From an uncultured bacterium (lineage in GTDB: Bacteria > Hydrothermota > Tepidihabitantia > Tepidihabitantales > Tepidihabitantaceae): DNA of 64,000 nt. The stretch lies in the NCBI GenBank assembly GCA_964412225.1, contig CAYPNB010000003.1:58971-122970 (forward strand). The letters run 5' to 3'. Both the position numbers and the translations under genes were made by a program. A model generated the notes under the pieces. The model was not told the DNA's origin, did not search any database, and was given only the letters and a program-made list of their open reading frames with translations. Shown here piece by piece: positions 9,464 to 17,824 of this stretch (positions within the stretch are counted from its first letter, which is position 1; each line of letters begins with the position of its first letter).

Positions 9464-11420
9464 CGTTTTTCTTCTGATCCTGACGGTTTTCGTCTACCGA
9501 TATCACCTGCATCCGCGGAGGGGATTTTTTCTCTTTGTTTTAAGGCTGGCAGTGATTTTGCTGTTGGTATTAATTCTGTTGGGGCAGATTTGGAGCTTTA
9601 GTTGGGCAGTTAGACCGAAAAGGTTGGTGTGTCTTGTCGATCGTTCACAAAGCATGAAGGCGGTTGGCGCTGATACGATCGCAACAAAATTAATCCGTAG
9701 GTTGAATGTGATATTAGCGGGGAAATTTATACCAGAGGTGTGGGTTTTTGGCGACTCTGTTCTCAGGGGAGAAAATAAAACAGTTGGAGTTGACCGAACC
9801 CGGATTGGTCGGGCGTTGGAACTCGTGGGTAAAACCAGACCGGCGACGATAGTGCTGTTCAGTGATGGACAGGACAACGGCGAAACCGATCCGGTGGCAA
9901 TAGCGAGGGATTTAATCGCACCAGTTTACACAATAGGGTGCTGTTTCGGACAGATAAAAAACATTGCGGTTACCGGTCTGGATTTTCCCTTCGTTGTTTA
10001 TGCTGGAGATACGGTACGGGTGACGGTTCGTCTTGCTGCAAGTGGTTTTGGCGGTGGCGAGCAGGTGACGGTTAAAATGGAAAATCAGCTCCGGAAAGTA
10101 GTATTGGGGGCGGGTTTCAGCGAACAGGAAGTGGCGTTCAACTTTATCCCCAGTTCATCGGGAAAGAAGTTTATTCAAGTGTCGGTAGACAGTTTTCCCG
10201 GTGAAATGAACTATCAGGACAACCAGCGGGCAAAGGCGATTGAGGTTAAGCCATCCCGTTTGAATGTTGTTTATATCACCAACCGCCCCGGGCCGCAGAC
10301 AAGGTTTATCCTTCAGTCTCTCCGGAGCGAAAAACGGTTGCGGGTAATTCCGGTTGTTGCCGTTACCGGTAATCTTGGCGCCGGTTTGTCAGCAGTGGCA
10401 CAGGGACAGGTATTTATCATTGACGGTGGGGTGGAAATGGTAGCTGACCGACAATTCTGGACAGCGCTACTTCAAAAAGTTGAAGCCGGCGCCGGGGTGC
10501 TAATTCTTGCCGCTCCGGAATTCAGACCGGGTGAGGTGATAAAAAATCTGTTACCGATAAAAGAGTTTTCTTCTTCAGTTAGCGGTTTTGATAGCATCTG
10601 GCAGGCGCAGATTACCGACCGAGGCAGGGCTCTTTCCTTATTTAACGAATTGGATATCAATTCTTTGCCGCCGTTCACCGGTTTTTACCCGCTGACGCCG
10701 AAAGAGAAGGTGGAAGTATGGCTAAACTCGGTGGAACGGGGAGAGCCCTTGGTTGTTGCTTACCGGATAAAACGGGGACGGGGAGTTTTTTTAACCGCCT
10801 TTCCCCTCTGGCGTTGGGGGTTTCGGCCAGAATTTCCTTTTGGCTCCAAAACCCCCTTGGACATTTTTCTTGCGGGAGTTGTCCAATATCTGGGAGAATC
10901 AGATAGCGGACAATTTCGTCTGGAGACCGACGCTCCAGAGTATTTTGCTGGTGAGCCGGTAAAGGTAACCCTTCTGGCAAAAACTCCTGATGGTGCACCC
11001 TGGGAGGGGCTTGATGTTCGGTTATATGTTGATAGTGTTTTTCTGCCGATGACTGAAGGAAGGTCAGGGCGGTACGACATTACAATCTCCGGGCTTAAAC
11101 CAGGGCGTCATTCAATATTTGCTGAACTAAGAACAGGAGAGATGAACGTAGGCAGAGTTGAGTCAGAGGTACTGGTTGCGGAACAGGGGGTGGAACTCAG
11201 CCGGCTGGGCGTGAACCAGGTTTTACTTTCCCGGATAGCCGAAGCAAGCGGTGGGTTTTTTATCCCGGCGGAAAGCCTGAATGCGAAATTGGAGTTTAAA
11301 GCCGCGGTTTACCAACGTCGGATCGTTTTTGATCCGAGAAGGTTCCCACCTGTTTACGGGTTAGTCGCGGTTCTTTTTTCCTTAGAACTTCTGTTACGAA
11401 GGAAAAGGGGGTTGTTATAA
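9447..11420 (+). CDS. Membrane-anchored vWA domain protein with Ig and amidotransferase-like domains
   Basis: Two N-terminal TMs, MIDAS VDRSQS, LFSDGQD, C-terminal TM ending LLLRRKRGLL. Confidence 0.75.
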   Translation: MSIAVSVFLLILTVFVYRYHLHPRRGFFLFVLRLAVILLLVLILLGQIWSFSWAVRPKRLVCLVDRSQSMKAVGADTIATKLIRRLNVILAGKFIPEVWVFGDSVLRGENKTVGVDRTRIGRALELVGKTRPATIVLFSDGQDNGETDPVAIARDLIAPVYTIGCCFGQIKNIAVTGLDFPFVVYAGDTVRVTVRLAASGFGGGEQVTVKMENQLRKVVLGAGFSEQEVAFNFIPSSSGKKFIQVSVDSFPGEMNYQDNQRAKAIEVKPSRLNVVYITNRPGPQTRFILQSLRSEKRLRVIPVVAVTGNLGAGLSAVAQGQVFIIDGGVEMVADRQFWTALLQKVEAGAGVLILAAPEFRPGEVIKNLLPIKEFSSSVSGFDSIWQAQITDRGRALSLFNELDINSLPPFTGFYPLTPKEKVEVWLNSVERGEPLVVAYRIKRGRGVFLTAFPLWRWGFRPEFPFGSKTPLDIFLAGVVQYLGESDSGQFRLETDAPEYFAGEPVKVTLLAKTPDGAPWEGLDVRLYVDSVFLPMTEGRSGRYDITISGLKPGRHSIFAELRTGEMNVGRVESEVLVAEQGVELSRLGVNQVLLSRIAEASGGFFIPAESLNAKLEFKAAVYQRRIVFDPRRFPPVYGLVAVLFSLELLLRRKRGLL

Positions 11421-12061
11421 ACTTTAAATTCTGGCGTGGTCTATTAGTTAGAGCATTTTTGGTTCTGCCGGTGTTGGTTAATGCACAGACCGGCGAACGA
11501 ATTGCCGAAGGGTTGAAACAGAAGGGGTTGAGTCCGGAACTGGTGGTTTTCCTTGTTGCCACCCTGCCGATAGTTGAGCTGCGGGGGGCGGTCCCAATTG
11601 GCAATAATCTTTTTAATCTACCGTTGCCGAAAACGATTTTTCTTTCTGTCACCGGGAATATCCTGCCGATATTTTTGATTCTTTTGCTGTTGGAACGAGC
11701 GGTGGTCCTTTTGGGGCATATACCACTATTCAAGCGTTTTTTTGACTGGCTTTTTCAGCGAACCAGAAAAAGGAGCGGAGTAATCGCCAGATTTGAGTTC
11801 TGGGGGTTAGTTATTTTTGTTGGTATACCACTGCCGATGACCGGTGCTTGGACCGGAGCGGTTGCGGCAGTGCTTATGGGTATGTCTTACTGGCGGGCGC
11901 TTTTCGGCATATTTCTGGGAGTGCTGATGGCGGCGGTAATCGTAACTAGCCTTTCCTTGATGGGATGGTGGGGAGGTATTATTGCCGGCGCAATTATAAT
12001 GGCGATTGTCTTTTATCAGTGGCTGGGGAACAGAGACCGGCGTCGCCCAACGGATAACTAA
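11417..12061 (+). CDS. COG2426 small multidrug-export-type membrane protein; probable ATA start at 11417 (first canonical start TTG 11459)
   Basis: LPIVELRGAVPIG, FVGIPLPMTGAWTG. The upstream frame is open and encodes a signal-like NFKFWRGLLVRAFLVLPVLVNA. Confidence 0.8.
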   Translation: MNFKFWRGLLVRAFLVLPVLVNAQTGERIAEGLKQKGLSPELVVFLVATLPIVELRGAVPIGNNLFNLPLPKTIFLSVTGNILPIFLILLLLERAVVLLGHIPLFKRFFDWLFQRTRKRSGVIARFEFWGLVIFVGIPLPMTGAWTGAVAAVLMGMSYWRALFGIFLGVLMAAVIVTSLSLMGWWGGIIAGAIIMAIVFYQWLGNRDRRRPTDN

Positions 12062-13973
12062 ATGAAGTGGACAGGTCAGGTTGATAGGTGGGGACCAGTT
12101 CCTGTAGAGCCTGTTTTATTGCCGGCGGGGTAAGAAAATCAATTTTTGACTCCAGTTCCGAAAGTTTACCCAGTAATTCTGGATAAGAATAGGAATGAGA
12201 TATTCTTGCCCGGTAAATACGATTGTGCTCGGTAGCGACCGTCCCTTCTTCCGCGGTAAGCAGTTCTTCAAACAACTTTTCTCCCGGTCGGGTTCCAGTA
12301 ATGATTATTGGAATGTCAACGTTAGGAGTCAATCCAGCAAGTTCTACCATCCGGTGCGCCAGGTCCCAGATGCGTACCGGATTGCCCATATCCAGAACAA
12401 AGACATCGCCGCCTTTACCCATGGCCGCTGCCTGAAGCACCAAAATCACCGCTTCGCTCGTCAACATCAGATACCGTTTCATCTCCGGATGGGTAACGGT
12501 GAGCGGCTGGCGTTTGGCAATCGCCTCTCGGAAAATGGTGGAAACACTGCCCCGACTGTCAAGAACATTACCAAATCTGACCGTCAGAATTTTCATATCG
12601 TTTAGCCCGTTCATTGCCGCAACAAGCATTTCGCCGAGCCTTTTACTTGCGCCCATAACGCTGGTAGGATTAACCGCTTTGTCGGTGGAGATGTAGATAA
12701 AGGTTCGGGTACGGTAGCGAACGGCGGTTTTGGCAACAATGTGACTGCCCAGAACATTTACCTTTATTGCTTCTTCCGGATGAAATTCAAGAATCGGAAC
12801 GTGTTTGTAAGCGGCGGCATGGAAAACAATCTCCGGTTGGGATTCGGCAAAAACCCTTTCTACCTCCTGGGCATGGGTGATGTCCCCAAGAAACGGGATG
12901 ATTTTCAAGTTGGGATGGGTGAGGCGAAGTTCTCTTTCAATATAAAACAGGTTGGAGTCATCTCTTTCCAAAAGAATTATCGCTGCCGGATTTAATCGGG
13001 CGATTTGACGGCAGAGTTCGCTTCCGATTGACCCCCCAGCACCGGTTACCATTATCCTTCTGCCGGTAAAAGTTTTTCTTATCTGGTTGACATCAATTGT
13101 TACCGGTGGTCGCCCGGTGAGTTCGTGAATACAGAGTTTCTCCAGGGCACCGAGGTCAGAACGATCCTCCAGAATATCAACCAGCGAGGGCATCGTTTTT
13201 ACCTCAACGTCTTTCAAACGGTGGAGACGGGCATAGAAATCCCCCAGACTGAAACCGGGATTGGCTTCCAAAAGCACAAGGACAACCTCAATCCGGTACC
13301 GGGCGATTATCGCTTCAATTTCATCAGTCGTGCCCACCACTTCAATTCCCTGTTCGTAGTTACCCACCTGGTCAGGATCAGGAGTAACAATTCCGGCGAT
13401 AAAGTAGTGGAAATTGCCAAGCCGGCGAAGGATGTTGGGCAAGAAGTAACCGTGACGGGCAGAAATGGCGATGAGGGTTCGTTTGCCTTCTGCCCGGGTG
13501 AATAACGGTTCTACCAGAAGCCTTTTACTACCCCGAAATGCGGCAAGAAAGAGAAATAAAACTATGCCGTTCAGAACCGGGCTGGTGGAATTAAGTTCCC
13601 GCCACCAGGGAATGGTACGGGCAAGGAAAAGGGCGCTGGTGGTTAAGACAGTACTGGCAAAGATTTTTCTAAGGTCACTGAGGGAAAAAGTTACCCAAGC
13701 CAAAGAGTAGTTCCGCAAAAGGATATTGGTGATAATGGTCAGGATAGCGGTTGTTCCGGCAAGGATGGGCAGGCGGGGAGAAAGTATGTTGCCGTTATCG
13801 GGGACAAGAAAATTTGCCACAATTGTGGCGATGATTGCCATCACTCCATCGCCGATAAGAAAAAAAGCGCCCCGTCTACTGCCCTTGAATCGCACCAGAC
13901 GGGCAATGGACGCCTGTAACTGAGAAAGGGTTTCCTGAAGTGTGTAACCGGCGCTAACCGACGATAACGACAA
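11994..13973 (-). CDS. capD: Membrane-bound nucleotide-sugar 4,6-dehydratase (CapD/PglF/WbpM family)
   Basis: N-terminal TMs; TGAGGSIGSELCRQI, FHAAAYKHVP, ISTDKAVNPTSVMGASK, VRFGNVLDSRGSV, RPGEKLFEEL. Confidence 0.92.
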   Translation of the reverse strand: MSLSSVSAGYTLQETLSQLQASIARLVRFKGSRRGAFFLIGDGVMAIIATIVANFLVPDNGNILSPRLPILAGTTAILTIITNILLRNYSLAWVTFSLSDLRKIFASTVLTTSALFLARTIPWWRELNSTSPVLNGIVLFLFLAAFRGSKRLLVEPLFTRAEGKRTLIAISARHGYFLPNILRRLGNFHYFIAGIVTPDPDQVGNYEQGIEVVGTTDEIEAIIARYRIEVVLVLLEANPGFSLGDFYARLHRLKDVEVKTMPSLVDILEDRSDLGALEKLCIHELTGRPPVTIDVNQIRKTFTGRRIMVTGAGGSIGSELCRQIARLNPAAIILLERDDSNLFYIERELRLTHPNLKIIPFLGDITHAQEVERVFAESQPEIVFHAAAYKHVPILEFHPEEAIKVNVLGSHIVAKTAVRYRTRTFIYISTDKAVNPTSVMGASKRLGEMLVAAMNGLNDMKILTVRFGNVLDSRGSVSTIFREAIAKRQPLTVTHPEMKRYLMLTSEAVILVLQAAAMGKGGDVFVLDMGNPVRIWDLAHRMVELAGLTPNVDIPIIITGTRPGEKLFEELLTAEEGTVATEHNRIYRARISHSYSYPELLGKLSELESKIDFLTPPAIKQALQELVPTYQPDLSTSFSYPLGDAGLCSPATDKRQSPL

Positions 13974-14000
13974 TTTCCGCTCCCTCCTTAATTGTATATG

Positions 14001-14016
14001 AGCAAAGTCCGTGCCA
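14001..14016 (-). promoter_or_regulatory. sigma54 (-24/-12) promoter of capD
   Basis: Minus strand TGGCAC-GGACT-TTGCT matches TGGCAC-N5-TTGCW; followed by SD AAGGAGG and TTG 13973. Confidence 0.8.
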
Positions 14017-14201
14017 GGTATTCTATTCGGGTGTGTCTTATTAACTATAAGAATTTCTTAACCTTATTACTTCAGCAGGGTTGACGGTTAGATGCGACAG
14101 CAAAAATTGGATTAAGAGATTCAGAGCTAACTATTTGAAATACAATGACTAAAAATGTGACACTAACAAAAAAATCGGCTGGCTTAAATTGGTTTTATGC
14201 T

Positions 14202-16100
14202 TTAGTAGGAAACTTTTTGAAGAAACATTCTAACTTTATCACTTTCCTGCGAATTGGGTTCTAATTCTAGAAATTTTGTCAGGTAAAATCGGGCGCTATC
14301 CGGTTCCCCTTCCAGGGCGAACACGATTCCTTTGTTTTCAATTGCCGCGGAATATTCTGGATAGTAGGTCAGGCTGAGGTTGAAATCAAATAGAGCGCCG
14401 GTAATGTCGCCTTTGGCATAGCGGAGCATGCCACGCCGGTTGATGCTGGCGGCAAATCTGCGGCAGAGATCCTCGGTAGCAACGTCATACCGTCTCAAAC
14501 TACGATATCTTTGGGGATCCGGGAATGTAAGGTTTGCCGGCGGGTCAATCAGGCTATCATATTGGGGGCGGAATTCATAGGTTAGGCCGTGCAGTTTGAG
14601 TCGGAAATTGCGCCATTCTTCAAGATGGTTCCGAAAGTCCCGGGGGAAATAGAAAACCCGGTAAGAGGCGAGACCGGAGAGAAGAATTAATTTAATTTCT
14701 GCAATTGTTTTCGTTGCCTTTTCGCCCAAAGAGCGGCCGGTATTTTGATTGCCTTTCTGCCAGAGTTGGCTGGCCAGCAGGAAGGCGGAGTCGGGGATAG
14801 GCAAACGGGATTGTAGTTGTTTGAGATACCAGGGAAAAGCGAGGTGATGTTCACTGACTACTGTGATACCGCGGAGGCTATCCGGACCGAGGTTGAACCA
14901 GTGAAGAATCTGGACAAGGCTATAGTCATCAGTAAAGAGCACCGCCCGGTCGGGAAGTTCGCTCAATACTGTTCTGCCCAGATCGGAAAGGCTGTGAAAA
15001 CCGGCACGGTTTTGGCGCGGAAAGGAGACAACTGTCAGGATAAACAAAACGGCACCGATAAGACCTGTAAGCAGGTTGCGCAATTTTTTCTGTTCTAGCC
15101 AATGGATACCAAGGCTTAACAAAATAGCAAAAAGAAAGTAAACCGGGAGAAAATAACCTTCTTTGTCCGGGATGTTGTAGGCAAAGACGGCGATGCTCTG
15201 AAAGACAGTTCCAATGACTAATGCCACAAGCAACCTCGGTTTCTCGCGGAGGAGGAAAATCGTTCCGGGAATCAAAAGGATCCAGAGGATGTTAAATTGT
15301 CGGAACAAAACCCGGAGAAAATCGGTGAACTGGAGGATTAAGTACTCACCACCGCCCGCGAGAAAACGATAACGGTAAACCCCGGCGGTAATATAACTGA
15401 TGAATTCGGTGATAGAATTCACACCACCCCAAGAAGGCAGGTTCCGGGAGCGAAAGAGAAGGGAGATATAAAGAAGGGGACCAAGCGTCATTAAGACAGC
15501 AATGAGCACCCATTGCCAGAATTTAAGCTTGTGGCGCTGAGGGGAAGACAAAAGCACCAGAAAACCGGGTAGAGAGGTGACGATAAAAAGATGGTTGGCT
15601 AGTGCCAGACCAAAACTGAAGGCGAAAGGAAAAATGTCTCCAGGCGTCCGTGTCTCAGCGTAACGAATTGCCGCATAGATAGTAAGAGCAAAGAGAAAAA
15701 CCTGCAGGCTGTATACTTCAATTACCGTTGCCTGCTGCCAGAGTTCAAATGAGGTTGCCCAGATAATAGCACCGAAAAGCGCAGGAGTTGACTTTCGGGT
15801 TAGTCGATAAACTATCCAGTAGAGAACAAAAGAAGAACCGGCGGCGGCAAGGGCGGAAACGAAATTGATGCGAAAAGGCAATGACAAAAGCGGAATAGAA
15901 CGAACAATGTGCAGCAGGAGAAGTAAAAGTGGGTAGCCGGGAGGGTGGGCAAGACCATAAGAGCGGGTGACGACAACAAACTCCGCGCTGTCCAGCCAGT
16001 AAATGTCTCTGCAGAGGGTGATCAGGTAAATCAGAAGCGGAAGAAAAAAAGACAGAAACGAAAGGCCGGTACTTGACCGCTCCTGACCTTTCTGGCGCAC
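14202..16100 (-). CDS. DUF2723/TMEM260-like GT-C fold glycosyltransferase with C-terminal TPRs
   Basis: WLDSAEF..GLAHPPGYPL, SFELWQQATVIEVYSL, LANH, multiple TMs, TPR-like tail. Confidence 0.85.
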   Translation of the reverse strand: MRQKGQERSSTGLSFLSFFLPLLIYLITLCRDIYWLDSAEFVVVTRSYGLAHPPGYPLLLLLLHIVRSIPLLSLPFRINFVSALAAAGSSFVLYWIVYRLTRKSTPALFGAIIWATSFELWQQATVIEVYSLQVFLFALTIYAAIRYAETRTPGDIFPFAFSFGLALANHLFIVTSLPGFLVLLSSPQRHKLKFWQWVLIAVLMTLGPLLYISLLFRSRNLPSWGGVNSITEFISYITAGVYRYRFLAGGGEYLILQFTDFLRVLFRQFNILWILLIPGTIFLLREKPRLLVALVIGTVFQSIAVFAYNIPDKEGYFLPVYFLFAILLSLGIHWLEQKKLRNLLTGLIGAVLFILTVVSFPRQNRAGFHSLSDLGRTVLSELPDRAVLFTDDYSLVQILHWFNLGPDSLRGITVVSEHHLAFPWYLKQLQSRLPIPDSAFLLASQLWQKGNQNTGRSLGEKATKTIAEIKLILLSGLASYRVFYFPRDFRNHLEEWRNFRLKLHGLTYEFRPQYDSLIDPPANLTFPDPQRYRSLRRYDVATEDLCRRFAASINRRGMLRYAKGDITGALFDFNLSLTYYPEYSAAIENKGIVFALEGEPDSARFYLTKFLELEPNSQESDKVRMFLQKVSY

Positions 16101-16105
16101 AGTTA

Positions 16106-16133
16106 AGTTTAAATACTATCTCTGCTTAGTCAA
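16106..16133 (-). promoter_or_regulatory. sigma70-type promoter (leaderless) of the DUF2723 gene
   Basis: TTGACT-N16-TAAACT, 5 nt to GTG 16100; no SD. Confidence 0.7.
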
Positions 16134-16379
16134 GGGATTGTAAAGATAAACCTGAAGACAAAATTCGCCGTGCTTCCCGAAATGAATTTTAATTGCTATC
16201 CGCTCGGGTTTTTGCTTGAAATTTTAAACCAGTGACAAATTCCAATTTTATCTGTAAATGGGTCGATATTCCGTAAACAGGAACAGCCCGGGGGACGGTG
16301 GGGTTTGAAGTAACTATTTGTCCGGCTGTTAGTTGTGAGAACAGGGCGTTAATTCCGGACGGTTTCGGGGTCTTAATAG

Positions 16380-16760
16380 ATGATGGAGATAATTAAGAGT
16401 ATAAAGAAAGCACTTCGGGCAAGTCGGAACTACAGGTTAAAGGCGCCTTTCGTTTCTCAACTGATGATAGCCCGCTATGAACAGCAGGCATTACTACAGG
16501 TATTTATTGACCGGATAACCATGGCAACCATTCAGAAAAATAACTTTGTTCCATTCCATCGGATTTTCTATCTTTCATTTGGTCGGCAGGTTGGTCGGGT
16601 TTTTCGGAAACAACAGGGTGGTGGGATAGGGCAGGAATTGAATAGGATTCGGAATAAATGGCTAAAGTACGGCTTAGACCTTAAACTATTGGTGCTGATT
16701 GAAAAACGGGTGATTGCCGGGTTGAGTTCAGCAAATCCATTTTGGTTTCGCGAACAATAA
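16380..16760 (+). CDS. Small basic helical protein; pattern resembles rudivirus/Adnaviria major capsid (DNA-wrapping) protein
   Basis: Fills an otherwise empty 680-bp gap. Basic N-terminus, then HRIFYLSFGRQVGRVF..G....L..I..KW...GLD..LL..I. The similarity was judged by eye against a remembered sequence. Confidence 0.6.
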   Translation: MMEIIKSIKKALRASRNYRLKAPFVSQLMIARYEQQALLQVFIDRITMATIQKNNFVPFHRIFYLSFGRQVGRVFRKQQGGGIGQELNRIRNKWLKYGLDLKLLVLIEKRVIAGLSSANPFWFREQ

Positions 16761-16783
16761 TTGAAAGAGACCGATAGCGGCGG

Positions 16784-17821
16784 TCAGGGTGTTTGTTTTG
16801 AGACAATACCTGCAGCGAGTTGACCGCAGCCGGCAAGTATTTTTGTCCCTTTGCTTTTGCGAATGGTGACGGCGTGCGGGAGAAGTGAATACAGGATGCG
16901 GGCGAATTTTGTCACCGCCGCCGGTGAAGGCGGTTGGAAAGAAGTTCCGGGAAACGGGTTGAATGGAATGAGGTTTAGCTTGCAGGGGATATTTTTTAGA
17001 AGCAAGGCGATCTGACGGGCGTGTTCCGGCAGGTCATTGATTCCTTTGATTAAAACATATTCAAATGTTACCCGCCGTCCGGTGGTCCTGACGTAGTGGC
17101 GAATTACCGACAGCAGTTCTTTAAGCGGATAGCGACGGCTGATGGGCATCAGTTCGGAACGGGTTTTATCGTCAGGGGCATTGAGGGATATCGCCAGCCG
17201 CACCTGAAGGGGAAAACGGGCAAGCTGTTTAATGCCTTCAGGAACGCCCGCGGTGGAGATTGTTATGCGTCGGGCACCGATCCGTAGGCCGTAGTTGGAA
17301 TTGATAACCTGTATTGCCGCAATGACCTCATTGAAGTTAAGTAGCGGCTCACCCATACCCATAAACACGATGTTAGAAGGTGTTATCCCGGTAGTAACAG
17401 CAACCGCCTGAATTTGTTCTACGATTTCAAACCAGGCGAGATTGCGCCTGAATCCCAGCCGGGCGGTGGCACAGAATTTACACCCCAGAGCACAGCCTAC
17501 CTGTGTTGAGACACAAACGGTCCGACGGTCTTCTTCCCGGATGAGAACCGACTCAATCCGGTTACCATCGGAAGTGGGAAAGGTGAATTTAACCGCACCG
17601 TCCTCACTTTGAATAACTTTTTCTGGAATCAACCGGGAGATAATGAATTCGTCCTGAAGTTGAGTGCGAAACTGTTTGCCCAGGTTGGTCATCTGGTCAA
17701 AACTGGTGGCGTTTTTCTGCCAGAGCCAGACGAAGAGTTGTTGCCAGCGATACTTTTCCCAGCCCCTTTTTTCCCCGAGTTGACGTAGTTGTTCCGAAGT
17801 AAAAGTTTTGATATCGATCAT
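16784..17821 (-). CDS. rlmN: 23S rRNA m2A2503/tRNA m2A37 radical-SAM methyltransferase
   Basis: CVSTQVGCALGCKFCAT, MGMGEPLLN, TFEYVLI, AGCGQL. Confidence 0.96.
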   Translation of the reverse strand: MIDIKTFTSEQLRQLGEKRGWEKYRWQQLFVWLWQKNATSFDQMTNLGKQFRTQLQDEFIISRLIPEKVIQSEDGAVKFTFPTSDGNRIESVLIREEDRRTVCVSTQVGCALGCKFCATARLGFRRNLAWFEIVEQIQAVAVTTGITPSNIVFMGMGEPLLNFNEVIAAIQVINSNYGLRIGARRITISTAGVPEGIKQLARFPLQVRLAISLNAPDDKTRSELMPISRRYPLKELLSVIRHYVRTTGRRVTFEYVLIKGINDLPEHARQIALLLKNIPCKLNLIPFNPFPGTSFQPPSPAAVTKFARILYSLLPHAVTIRKSKGTKILAGCGQLAAGIVSKQTP

Positions 17822-17824
17822 TGG

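Noticed and set aside
16261-16379. Possible riboswitch, SRP RNA or 6S RNA
   Set aside because: I could not match the conserved cores of SRP, 6S, c-di-GMP or c-di-AMP families; there is only a weak 7-bp stem.
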